A DNA stretch of 64,000 nt from Octopus sinensis (taxonomy: Eukaryota): the NCBI RefSeq assembly GCF_006345805.1, contig NC_042998.1, positions 70,122,001 to 70,186,000 on the forward strand, in the 5' to 3' direction. Of this stretch, positions 52,098 to 64,000 are shown piece after piece. The notes below the pieces were generated by a model. It made no database searches. It had not been told where the DNA came from and saw only the letters and a program-made list of their open reading frames with translations. The position numbers and the translations under genes were made by a program. How positions within the stretch are numbered: position 1 is the stretch's first letter; each line of letters opens with the position of its first letter.

Positions 52098-54330
52098 TAT
52101 ATATATATACATATATACATACATGCGTGTATGTACAGCTAATTAGCCTCTTCCTCTACACCTCTCCCCTACATCCACCCTGTCTTTCACGACTCTACTC
52201 TTTTTCCATCATTACTCGATTATTCCTCTCACTCTTCCATACACCCTTTTCACTATCTCTTTCTCTCCTCTTCTCCCCCTCACGCTTCCCTTACACCTCT
52301 CTCATTAACCCTTACTCTTTTTACTTTATTCGCCTTCCGTACACTTTCTTTATCCGTGTTCCTTACACATACACAGACGCACACACACACTCACATACAC
52401 ACACACATTCACACATACACACACATATCCATACAAACATCCACATTGTTTCCTTTCCTCATGTTATCTGCGAATATAAACATATACACACGCTCTCATT
52501 TTCTCTATGTCTCTCTCTCTATCTTACTCTTTCATACATTTTCTTGCACACTCATCTCTCCCATCTACCCTCTTTGTTTCTTTCTGTCTTTCTCTGTCTC
52601 TTACTTCTAAACCCTTTACTTATCTTTCTCCCTTCTCGTCTGCTAGCTACATACACACTCTCTCAATAACTTTTACTATTTCTTTAAACATCTTTCTTCC
52701 TCACCCTCTCTTTCTGACCCAGGTACTTTCTCCTATCTCCCATATTACGTCACTATATTGCTATTCTCTACCTCCCTCACATTGCTTCCTCCTACTCTGC
52801 TCACATTCCCCCTCGCTTATCTAAATCTCAATCCTCCCCTTCATTTTCTTACAGTCGTTGCCATCGCCATCCTCATCTCACAACTAGAGGTTATTACTGC
52901 TGCTACTACTATTACTGTCTTTACTACTAATACTACTATTAGCCGTGCTACTGCTACTACTGCAAACATCACTGGAGTGGCAGGCCGTTGGGGTATTGGT
53001 GAGAGGGCCTGATAAAGAAATCATAAGCAAAGAAAACTGAGAGAGGAATTCAGCATCAGAAGGAGTTTGGAGAGGAAGGGGAGGAAGGCAAGGGAGGAGA
53101 AAATAAGAGGAAGAAAGAAAGAATAGTGAAAGGGGAGGTTGAAGTGGTGTACGACAGCAGTAAGAGCATCAGCATCAACAGCAACATTAATAAGCAAAAA
53201 GAGTCGGGGAAGGAGATGATACAGAGAGGAAAGTATGAGGAGTATAAGAGAGGAAAAAGAAACGAAAGACTGAAAAAAAAGGGAAAGGGGAAAAGGCAGA
53301 GTATAAGCTATGTTAACACGCCAAACGTCACCGCAGCTCTCTCACTCTCTCTCTTGGTCTTACTCTTCCTCCTCCCCTTCTTGCGTGTGCGTGTGTGTGT
53401 CACTGTATATACTAATGCGTTGGAGTAGCTGCACCTCTTTCTAGTGTATGTGTACGTATCAATGTGCGCGCGCGTGTGCGTGTGTTCGGCAGGCAAGCTT
53501 ACTGTAGTTCGAGGAGTCCTGCTAGCTGGAATGGAACTCAGCTCGGTGTAGGCTCCGTAAGGGGGGGCACACACACAACAAAAAGAACACAAACAACAAC
53601 AACAGCAGCAGCTTCGACGTAAGGATATATATATATATATATATGTAACATATATATATATACATACACATACATATAATCAAAACAGATTTGTGTGAAT
53701 ATATATATACATACATAAACATAATATATATATATATATTATATGTATATATATATATACACACACACATACATGCCGTAAAGATGGAATAGTACAGGAG
53801 GAATACAAAATTATTCTGTGAGTGGATACCAACAAGACACCAAACCGAGGAATCCATACCCGCTGCCACCACCACTACCACCACCACCACCACCACCACT
53901 ATCAGCTCCTCTCTCTTTTTTTCCTCCTCTGTATATCTATGTATCTAAAGTTCTTAACGAAGGAAGCAGCTTTCGTCTGGTTTGGTCTCCTAGTCGGTCT
54001 ATCTATCTCTCTGTATGCGAGTGTGTGTTAATTAATATACATGTGTTTGTGTGAGTACTCTTCCTCTATAGCTTGTAAATATATTTCTGTGTATACATGT
54101 ATTTTCACCTAGGTGCGTGATTGAGTTAATTTGTATACGCGCGTGAGAGCGTATGTGTGTGTATATATAGATATATAAAAAAAATACATATAAATATATA
54201 AATATTTATATGCCTTTATCTCTCTATCTCTGTATATATATATATATATATTTACATACATCTACATATAGCTATATATGTTGTGTATGAGTGAAAGCAG
54301 CAGAGGTGTGTGTCTTGTGTATGTGTGGTA

Positions 54331-54345
54331 TTTCCTTGCCTTTAG
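54331..54345 (+). promoter_or_regulatory. Splice acceptor (pyrimidine tract + AG) just upstream of the SAMD5-like ATG
   Basis: TTTCCTTGCCTTTAG|GAT ATG: AG at 54344-54345, ATG at 54349. Confidence 0.6.
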
Positions 54346-54348
54346 GAT

Positions 54349-54921
54349 ATGGCCGACTGGAACATAGTTACAGATTGGCTGCGTTCTTTGAATCTGGTGC
54401 ACTACACACAAGCCTTCTTGGATAATGGTTACGATGATCTGGAAATTTGCAAACAGATCGGCGATCCCGACTTGGACGCCATAGGAGTCTTCAAACAGGA
54501 ACATCGCCAGCGAATCTTGGATGCTGTGAGAATTCTTCGTGAACAAGGTGGAACGGCCGTTTATTTTACCCTCGAAAAACCCAACAATGATATTGGTGTG
54601 GCTGCTAGTATAGTAGACGGTCATGGACATGTGGCTTGTACCACCACCGCTAACAACACAGATAGCACCTACCATAGAACTGGTGGTTTGGTGTGTCTGG
54701 GTGGTGGTAGTGGTAGTGGTATTGGTGGTGGCAACAACGGCGATCACAGCGGAGATTGTTCCACAAACGAACCGATCCATTCTTCCCGTCGTCTGCCCAA
54801 TGATTATGAAGATGGCAAGTCTGCGTTGTTGACTTACCCCAAGATACAGTTAAAACATATTATCCGTGACAAACTTGTTCGAGATGAGATCGATCTGTCT
54901 GGTCCACCTTACACCACTGCG
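54349..54921 (+). CDS. SAMD5: Coding exon of a SAMD5 / SKIP-like sterile alpha motif protein (first coding exon; continues beyond the donor)
   Basis: ORF 54349+ reads MADWNIVTDWLRSLNLVHYTQAFLDNGYDDLEICKQIGDPDLDAIGVFKQEHRQRILDAVRILREQGGTAVYFTLE. This contains the SAMD5/SKIP signature FxDNGYDDLExCKQxGDPDLDAIGV. A Gly/Asn/Thr-rich linker follows, then the conserved block DYEDGKSALLTYPKIQLKHIIRDKLVRDEIDLSGPPY. The exon ends at GCG|GTAAGT (phase 0, donor 54922-54927). Family assignment is from recalled sequences. Confidence 0.9.
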
Positions 54922-54927
54922 GTAAGT
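54922..54927 (+). promoter_or_regulatory. Splice donor GTAAGT ending the SAMD5-like exon
   Basis: Perfect consensus GTAAGT directly after the last conserved residues (PPYTTA). Read-through hits TAA after 3 codons. Confidence 0.85.
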
Positions 54928-57784
54928 CAATAATGATTGATTTAAGGGAGGTACAACGGCGGAGAGAGGGTGGGGGAAAGGGAAAAAAAAAACATATTTT
55001 TTTTTTTTACCTGTAATATTTCTTTATTCATGTTTTGCTGTTATGTTTTGTTTTGAATTTTTGCTCCTCATTCCATTCCCTGTCCACTCATCACTTCTGC
55101 CCCCCCCCCCCCTGCCACCACCAATTTCTATCCTGGCAAACCCTCCCATCACATTTCTCTTCCCGTCTCCCACCCCATACGCATCTTTTTTTTATTATCT
55201 CTACTCCTCCCGCGCCTCCCACGTCCCTGACTCATTCACCCGAATCACTCCCGCCCCATTCCTCCTGCCCTCTTCCAGTCGTTGTTCTTTTCGTCTTACT
55301 GAGTTACGTACACATATAGACTCATACAAACATTTATATACACACTTAGACTCATACAATCAGTTATATACACACTTATACTTACACAAACAGTTATATA
55401 TACCCATAGACTTAAACGACTACACACAATACATATACACGCTTACGGACAGTTATAAACCTTACAATTGTAAAGATAGTTTCATATTTACACAAAAAAT
55501 TCTTTTTATACAAGATACGATGAATCGGCCATACATACATACATACACACACACACATACATAGATACATACACACACACACATACATACACACACACAT
55601 ACTTACACACACACACACACACAGATACATACACACACACACATACATGCAGACATACATATACACATACACCGAGTAAAAAATTACACTGAATCGACCA
55701 TACATACATACACACATACACATACACACACACACATACATAGATACATACACACACACACACATACATAGATACATACACACACACACACATACATGCA
55801 TACATACATATACACATACACCGAGTAAAAAATCAGTTATCTCTCTCTTTCACACATTACTCTCTCTGTCTCTTCGCACACACTAACAGAAGCACTTCAC
55901 TTACACAACATACTGTCTGTCTCCCACACCCCACCAAACACACACAGGCCGATTTCAAAGAGAAACCTTCTCGTCATAAAATCGCTTCCTCTTAGTCTCT
56001 TTCGCTCTCATTACTTATGTAAAAAAATAAAAGTTTTTTACGGAAATCGACGGAAATCTGTGCTACGACATGCGAAACTTCGCCCAAGATTTTATTAATA
56101 CAATTTTATACAACACAATTACATAGTTTCTCTCTCACACACATGCGTACAAACCATTATTTACATAAACATACTGACACACATTCAATTACATACATAA
56201 ACACAGCTATACATCCTATATATAATTGCAGGCACACAATATAAAAATACAGAAATGCACACACGTCGCAAACATACATTAAAACACGAACACATATGTA
56301 CATAATATACACCCGTACACAGATATACACTATTATATACAGTGTTACACGTACAATTTACATTGTCAGTTATGTGCGTACAGATCGTAGACACTTAAAC
56401 ACAGTTACAAACACGAATATACACACCTTGCTTACGTTTAGTTTTGTCACACACACGTATACTTACATCACAGACATGCATAAACACACTTACACAATTA
56501 TATACATACATATCACAAGTACACACACAAGCACATATATAATTATACCACAGATATATATATATATATATACACGGTAACGTACTTAATCACTACGCAT
56601 TGGCATACACACCACGGGCACACAGACACACTCATGTCACACAGATGTGTAAAACGCAAGAGTTATAAACATCACATTACAAGAGAATAACAGTATACAT
56701 ACATGTTGGAATATCACAGATGTATAAATACAGTAATACCATAGTTCACACATTACATACGTACATTACAACTGGCATAAACACACGCGCATCAACACGC
56801 ACGCACTCCTACTGACACTACAAACAGAAACATTGTTATTTATTATTTTTACAGTATTTATTCATTTTAGTCATTTTTACTGCTTGTAAAATATTGGTTT
56901 ACAACTGAACAAGAGTTGATTGCCTGCTCATATATATATATATATACATTATCTGTGTGCATACATGTCAGACAAGGTACCGTGTGCACACAAAAACAAC
57001 GTATAATGTAGACACTGCCAACTTTTGACTGTTTATACTCTCAGTTATGCCATTATTTTTTGTCTTAACCAAACCATCTTTCTATACATTTATAGCTTGT
57101 TTATTATAACCAGTTCACATTTGATTATACATACGTGCTATCAATAATTCACCATCAACAACAATCGAGTTTCCTATAATATTTGAACATCCATGTGATG
57201 ACTTGAAACCAAGTTATATATGTGCGTGATAAGGTGTGCATATACATATCTATAGATACATACGTAAATGCACATTACATAGGCAAATGTGTATGTATGT
57301 ATAAGCTGTAAATTTCGTTGAGATTGGCATTACGTTTCGCCAGGTGGCTTGAAACCTCAGTTATTGGAACATTTATAAACTAATTCAACTATGCGTTTAG
57401 CATAGTCTCCCCATAAAACGTTCTGCTGTGTTGAAAATTACTTTAAAAATAATAAATGCCGACGTATAAAGTGTGTGTGTATATATATATCCCATCTCTT
57501 TCCCTCTATATATGTAATACATTATATATGTGTGTGTGATGTGTGTATTTATCTATTATTGCAAATATGTGTATAAAGGTATAGGTATGTGTATGTATAT
57601 ACATATACTATAAATATGGATACGCTCTATTGACAAATACATGAATGCCTAGTTTTTTTTTTTTCCTGATTTACGAATTCTTAGAGGATTAAATATTCAT
57701 ACACATACTAGTTTAGTCTATTGCACCGCATGGATGTGATAGCTGGGCCCTATTGCTAAATCCAAAGCGTTCATAGCCACGTCC

Positions 57785-58100
57785 TACCTGAGAGTACTGA
57801 GAATCAGCTGAACTGACCATCGAACAAACGAGTCAGTGCTTAATGAAATGGGAACGGATAGAAGCAACTGCCAGGAAAAAGAAAGCTGCAGTATTTTAGG
57901 CATGTCATCAGGGCTCAGAACCTCCGCATCCACATCCTAGAGTCAGTGGGAAGTTAGGAGGATAGGGGACGGGGGAAAGCCCAGAAGACACTGGTTGGAT
58001 GATGGACCGGAAAAAACCTCTGGCAATAATGCGCAATATCATAACCAGGCACAGGAATCGAGGGATGGAGATGTTGCATGACTCCCAGCAATGAGGATAG
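57785..58100 (+). mobile_element. RTE-clade LINE 3' fragment (in the SAMD5-like intron)
   Basis: YLRVLRIS-TDHRTNESVLNEMGTDR, KLQYFRHVIRAQNL-IHILE and PRRHWLDD form a classic RTE C-terminal motif series. Confidence 0.8.
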
Positions 58101-58312
58101 GAACAGGCGAGGCAATATGTGTGTATCTGTGTGTGTGTGCATCTGTATGTAAATATATATGTGTATCTCTATGCTTACATGCCAGACCAAGTCGCAGTTT
58201 GGCGCGACGATAAATTTTGACACCATATATAACAAATAAATGTTTAAGTGAAGTTAACGGTCTTTGTGTTTCTGAATGATTCATATGTACCTTCCATTCT
58301 GCAATCTTTATT

Positions 58313-58317
<5 letters not shown>

Positions 58318-58394
<77 letters not shown>

Positions 58395-58443
58395 ATATAT
58401 ATATATGTATATATATGTATATATATGTATATAGATGTATATA

Positions 58444-58491
<48 letters not shown>

Positions 58492-58501
58492 GTTATATAT
58501 G

Positions 58502-58555
<54 letters not shown>

Positions 58556-58687
58556 GTATATATATATATGTATATATATATATTATAGTATATAGAATAT
58601 GTATATATATATATATATATGTATATATTATATATGATATATATATATGTATATGTATAATATATATGTATATATATATTATATATG

Positions 58688-58726
<39 letters not shown>

Positions 58727-58896
58727 GTATGTATATATAATATATGTATGTATTTATATATATATATGTATGATATATAATATATATATATGTATATATA
58801 TATATATGTATGTATATATATATATATGTATATATGTTATATATTATATATATATATGTATATATGTTATATATATATATATATATATTATATATG

Positions 58897-58936
<40 letters not shown>

Positions 58937-58980
58937 ATATATATATATAATATAATATATATATATATATATATATATAA
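58318..58980. repeat. Large imperfect (TA)n array
   Basis: Direct reading. Confidence 0.98.
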
Positions 58981-59239
58981 TGTAGTCACTGATTATGGCC
59001 AGTACGTGTATATGTATGTATATATGCATATATTTATGTGTGAATATATATTTTTTTTTTACACATATATACAAACATAGGTATATATGTAAGTATGTGA
59101 AAATATATATTCATGTATACATTACACACATAGACCGACATGCATTCATGCATACATCCAGCCATCCAAACACACACACACACACATAGGTGGTGGTTTC
59201 AAACTCTAACAAGAATTATAAAGAAGTCTTAATCATTTT

Positions 59240-59565
59240 CGCTTTGATATGCATTGATACATTTAAAAAGAGATCCTGGAGGGTCTAAGCACCTAACTTT
59301 GGAATTGTAAAGTATACCCATCCAGGAAACTGGATCCACAGCATAAATGCCAAAGGCTCCACCCTTTGCATCTAGAGTGAGGACCCAATATTGTAACAGC
59401 TTAGGGTCCTACGGCTCAGTTTTTCAATATCTTGCTAAACAACCCGAAAGATCTGCGAGGCGTAAATATGGATTATTTTGTGAAGTATCTGAGATAACCA
59501 AATGAGTTCCATTCACACAAAGAAACACAAATGAGCGCGACTTAGTCAGGCACGGTTCACCAGAA
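59240..59565 (+). mobile_element. Decayed CR1-like LINE 3' fragment
   Basis: Frame-shifted ILEGL-PNFGIVKYTH and RTQYCNSLG...FNIL, resembling a CR1-type ORF2 C-terminus. Confidence 0.6.
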
Positions 59566-59689
59566 ACAAACACGGAAACAGGGCCGTGGAAATAAAACGA
59601 AACAACGATTGAAACCACCCCCCACCCCGCACCCAGCGTGGCAAGTCTTGGTAGAGCAACAGAAACACTGTGAATGTACATGTATATGT

Positions 59690-59716
59690 ATATGTATATA
59701 TATATATATATTATAT

Positions 59717-59754
<38 letters not shown>

Positions 59755-59799
59755 AATATATATATATATAGATATATATATAATATATATATTATATAA

Positions 59800-59832
<33 letters not shown>

Positions 59833-60013
59833 TATACATATCTAATATATATATATATATATACAATATATTATAATATATAGATATATATATATATATG
59901 ATAGATATATATATTACATATATCTATATACATATATAATATATACATATATATGATTATATAATACCTATATATATATAGATATATACATATATAATAT
60001 ATAGATATATAAC

Positions 60014-60092
<79 letters not shown>

Positions 60093-60270
60093 TTGGGTAT
60101 ATATATATATATATTCTATATATATACATATATTATATAGATCATATATATATATATAATATCTATATTATTATATATACATATATATATAATACATATA
60201 TATATATATATATACATATATTATATATATATACAATATATCTATAATATATATATATATTATATATATT
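59690..60270. repeat. Large imperfect (TA)n array
   Basis: Direct reading. Confidence 0.98.
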
Positions 60271-62239
60271 AAACATTACTTTATATAATTAGGGTTCAGC
60301 AAAAAAATTTACTTTACCACACACCGAACTTTTAGAAATAGCAGCCAAAGAATTTAGCTATTTCCTCTACTATAAGAAGAGTCTCCCAGACAATGTATAC
60401 TCAATATATATATGTATGTATAATTCTGTACGTATATGGGCATCTATCTATCTGTCTGGCTGTCTGTCTCTATCTATGTACATATATATGAGTGTTTGCG
60501 TATAGAAATATTTGTATTTATATAGGAATATGTTGTATAGTGTGTGTGTATTCATATAATGTTCTCAAATTAAAAATCAAATGGATCTTGGACAAGTGCG
60601 ACAGTGAATGTCTTAACTGTTCGATCACTTGAACCGAACAGTAAGAAATATCTCATAAAAATAGTGTCTACGTAGTCGAGTATTCTTCAAACACATTTTT
60701 CCGTAACAGAGAATAAAATGAGCGTGACAAACTGACAGACTTGGCCTTTTTGAATTCTAGTTGTCGTCATCCACCTTGCAGGCATCCAAACAGCTTCCGT
60801 TTGCCCAGCTCCACCCACAAGACCTGGCTCCTTCGATACTATGATAGAATTCGCATGCCTCACATGCTACCGCAGTGAGATCGAACACAAAAACTACTGA
60901 TGGCTTTAGCCTAAGTTTTTATCATTTCGACATGCTACCGTCCATGTGTATCTTCTGCCTGTCTCTCCCCCATCTCTCTCTTTCACTGTACACACACGCA
61001 CACGCGCACATGCATACACGCTCGCGCGCGCACAGACACACACATGAGTTATATACATAGGTACGTGTATATACTTAAAGATTTCTTTGCATGAGTGTGT
61101 ATGTTTATGGGTCTGTACACATACATAGATTTATATATATATATATACACACAGGTGTAAATGCACATATATATGCACGCGTCTATGTATGTGTGCATGT
61201 TTATACACACACATAGGAATGTTCATATGATTATATATGTATGTGTAGGTTAAGGAAAATTATAGAAGAAACACATCCAAGCAATCAATACAAATTCCAA
61301 AAAATAATTTTAAACACACAACGAAATATATATATATTTATATATATATACATATAAATTTATAACTCAGTGAACAAAATTACATGTATGTAATTATATG
61401 TGTGTGTGCATACATTTATTTATATTGTATCTATATACGATCACATACATGTATTTATATAAGCAAATATGTGACAATATTTCACTCACACACATACACA
61501 AATGTATGTATGTACGTATATATATATATATATACATACACATGATTACACGTTGAAATCTATTAAATAATAATAAAAGTTATGATGATGATGGTTTCTT
61601 TTATTTGCCGCAGGGGCATTAGATAAGAGGGACACTACAAAGACAGTGTTCAGTTTGTTTGGAGTTTTTCATGAGGTTTGTTTTATAGAGTGCTTAAGGT
61701 TCACTATAGAACTCGTCGGTAGAGGGTAAAAGACGGATCAGAAAGCATTAATAAGTCATGTAAATAAAAGCAGCAGTGATAGCCAAATGTGCATGCAGAG
61801 TACACAGGATGAAAGACAATAAAACACAAGTGAACAGTAAAAGAGCAATAAAGAGGAAAGGGTGCACAGGCACGACGCGAAGACTAGTGTTGGCGAATTT
61901 CGGGAAGCATGGAATTCTTGAAGAATGCAGTGTCCTGACAGCTAACAACACACTATCACACACACGCGCGCGCGCATAAAATCATATATATATATGTATA
62001 TATCCTTCGAAACGTTTAGTAGATGAAACCTTAGCGACTGAAGAAGGGGATTTTTCGTTGTGCTTATTGTCTTGTATCTCTTTTTTTGCTTGTCTTGTTC
62101 CTTGGTTTGTGTCTATGTTTTTCGTCTCTCTATGTGTTCGACGTCTTTTTGGTGTCCTGTACACAATATCGTGTATATGTACATGTAGAGGTAGGTACGT
62201 ACATATATGTTTATATATATGCATATGTTCTATTTTATT

Positions 62240-62296
<57 letters not shown>

Positions 62297-62331
62297 TTAT
62301 TATACATCAATCACACACATACACATATATG

Positions 62332-62547
62332 AAGGTGACGAGCAAACAATCATTTGTTTGGTAGGCTAAATGCTTAGTGGTATTTCGTTCGTTTTTACGT
62401 TCAGAGTTCAAATATCGTCGAAGTTGAGACTCAGCCTTGCATCCTTTTGGGGTCGATAAATAAGTACCAGTTGTGCACTGGTGTCATCGTAGTCAACTTT
62501 CCCCTTGCTTCGAAACTACTGGCCTTGTGCCAAAATTTGAAACCTAT
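62332..62547 (+). mobile_element. SINE family A (tail type iii), diverged
   Basis: GAGTTCAAAT B-box, GACTCAGCCTTGCATCCTTTTGGGGTCGATAAATAAGTACCAG core and GGCCTTGTGCCAAAATTTGAAACC tail. Confidence 0.82.
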
Positions 62548-63559
62548 ATGTATTGTGTGTGTGTGTTGTGTGTTGATTATTGGCGGAGTTTATGTGTATA
62601 TATATATAATGTGTGTGTGTGTGTGTGTGTGTATATGCATATGTAAATATGCACACATGTATATACATACACACATGTTTATGTCACTGTGCATGTACAC
62701 ACACATGTGGTAAGAACAACCCCTGACGTACGTCTAGTACCGTCTCTACCACGACTGCTCGGTCTTATTCTTTACTTATATTTTTCAGTCGCACCCTGTT
62801 AGGACCCTATCATCCACTATCTCGTTACTTCCTTCAAATGTCAGAGAATGAACTGAGGGAGATTTGGCTGCTTTTGCTACCCAATCAGGCAGTGGTCCCC
62901 CATTTGAAACTAAGAAAATGTTTATATTACGAAGTTTATAACACATGCACACACTCGTACGCGCCATTGTTCGAGCGCGCAAACAAACATATACACACAT
63001 TCATACATACACACACATTCAAACACACACATGCGCACACATGTATACATCTTTAAACACACGTATGCATATATGCGCGCACAATTATCTGTGTTTATAA
63101 TTTCTTACATAGTTTGTGTATACGCAGGATAGACTGGACTAAACTGATCGTATAACTGCGTCATTACATTCACCCCTTGTTCACTGTATTTTTTTATTAT
63201 TTTATTCTATACACCCTGTCCCTCTCATTTCTCGAGGGAGTGTATATACATGCATATGTTTAATTAATTTAATATATAATTTCTCTCTCCACTCTCTCTA
63301 TATATTGTTTGTTTTTATGTTATAATACAGTTATACATTAAACTGAAGGATTACTCATTACATTTGGTAAAGTACAAATGTATTATCCTTTAACAAGAAT
63401 AGTTTTGATAATGACTTCGAAGTTTTGGCCAGCTAAGTTTGACAGTGACTCCGAAGTTTTGGCCATCATCGGACACTGTACGTTCATTCGTCCTTTTGAC
63501 ACATCTTGTTTTTAGTCCGACTGGGTTTTGAGCTACCCTCCTCACCAGGCAAGCCTAGT

Positions 63560-64000
63560 GGTGGTGCCACTTTAGTCACTGGCGACCCGACCATGCAACA
63601 AGTTGTACTGGCTTCCATGTTACCAGTAGCATGCATGGAAGACCTCAAAAGTGACCTGATAGAAAAGAACGGGTGAACTTAGTGTAGGTTCAACGACTAG
63701 CTAGCAAATAACATTGTGTCCTCAGAAATACCAGATTGATGTCCGGCATGCTGGATGACCACTGGGAGTGATGCACCCCTCAGCTTTTGTTAAAGTTGGT
63801 CTGTAGAAGGTCACTGATATAAAACAAGATACGCAGGGAATGGCATTAAACATTTTGGAGATCATTTGCCTGAGCTTCGGATCATGGCGCTCCCACGTTC
63901 TTGACACTGCGACCCATATTGGTACTGAATATCTTGCCCTGGCTTGTCTCTGGACCATGTCTGTAGAGTGGAGAGGGTCTTTGAGATGATGTGCAAGCCT
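63560..64000 (-). mobile_element. Possible decayed RTE-like LINE fragment, truncated by the window end
   Basis: Only weak, frame-shifted resemblance to the RTE C-terminal region (TW, SLRIL, TN motifs). Confidence 0.35.

Noticed and set aside
54262-54780. 172-aa antisense ORF overlapping the SAMD5-like exon
   Set aside because: A shadow ORF of a real coding exon that runs into TA repeats; no independent homology recognised.
62003-62050. Hammerhead half-motifs CCTTCGAAACGT and CTGAAGAAGGGG
   Set aside because: The halves are in the wrong order and neither has its partner; no complete fold is possible in this copy.
54934-64000. Second coding exon of the SAMD5-like gene
   Set aside because: No phase-0 exon with recognisable family sequence was found; it probably lies beyond the window, but a short exon could have been missed.

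Overview
AT-rich, repeat-dense eukaryotic DNA, most likely from an octopus or other coleoid cephalopod. The organism is inferred from my recollection of the SINE families and the microsatellite load, not from a search. Only one convincing protein-coding segment is present: a 573-nt exon at 54349-54921 (+). It encodes an N-terminal SAM domain and the C-terminal conserved block of the SAMD5 / Drosophila SKIP family. It has a canonical acceptor 3 nt before the ATG and a phase-0 GTAAGT donor, and I could not find the next exon in the window. The rest is intergenic or intronic. It holds many SINE copies from several families, 3' fragments of CR1/L2- and RTE-clade LINEs, and a full-length dead mariner with TIRs and TA TSD. 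It also holds a dead DD37D Tc1/mariner, two pogo/Tigger-like MITEs, and non-autonomous Helitron-like elements. Further elements are a probable solo LTR (TGTAG...CTACA, 4-bp TSD), a 442-bp TIR element with a 6-bp TSD carrying TTAGGG repeats inside a SINE, several minisatellites and very large microsatellite arrays. Almost all ORFs in the supplied track are microsatellite artefacts. The leads most worth checking are a Penelope-type minimal hammerhead ribozyme-like fold with a core variant (11250-11285), the TTAGGG-bearing MITE, the SAMD5-like exon as the possible 5' end of a longer SKIP/SASH1-like gene, the modular tail-swapped SINE family, and the solo LTR. I found no CRISPR array, rRNA or authentic tRNA gene, and no clearly novel multi-gene system.
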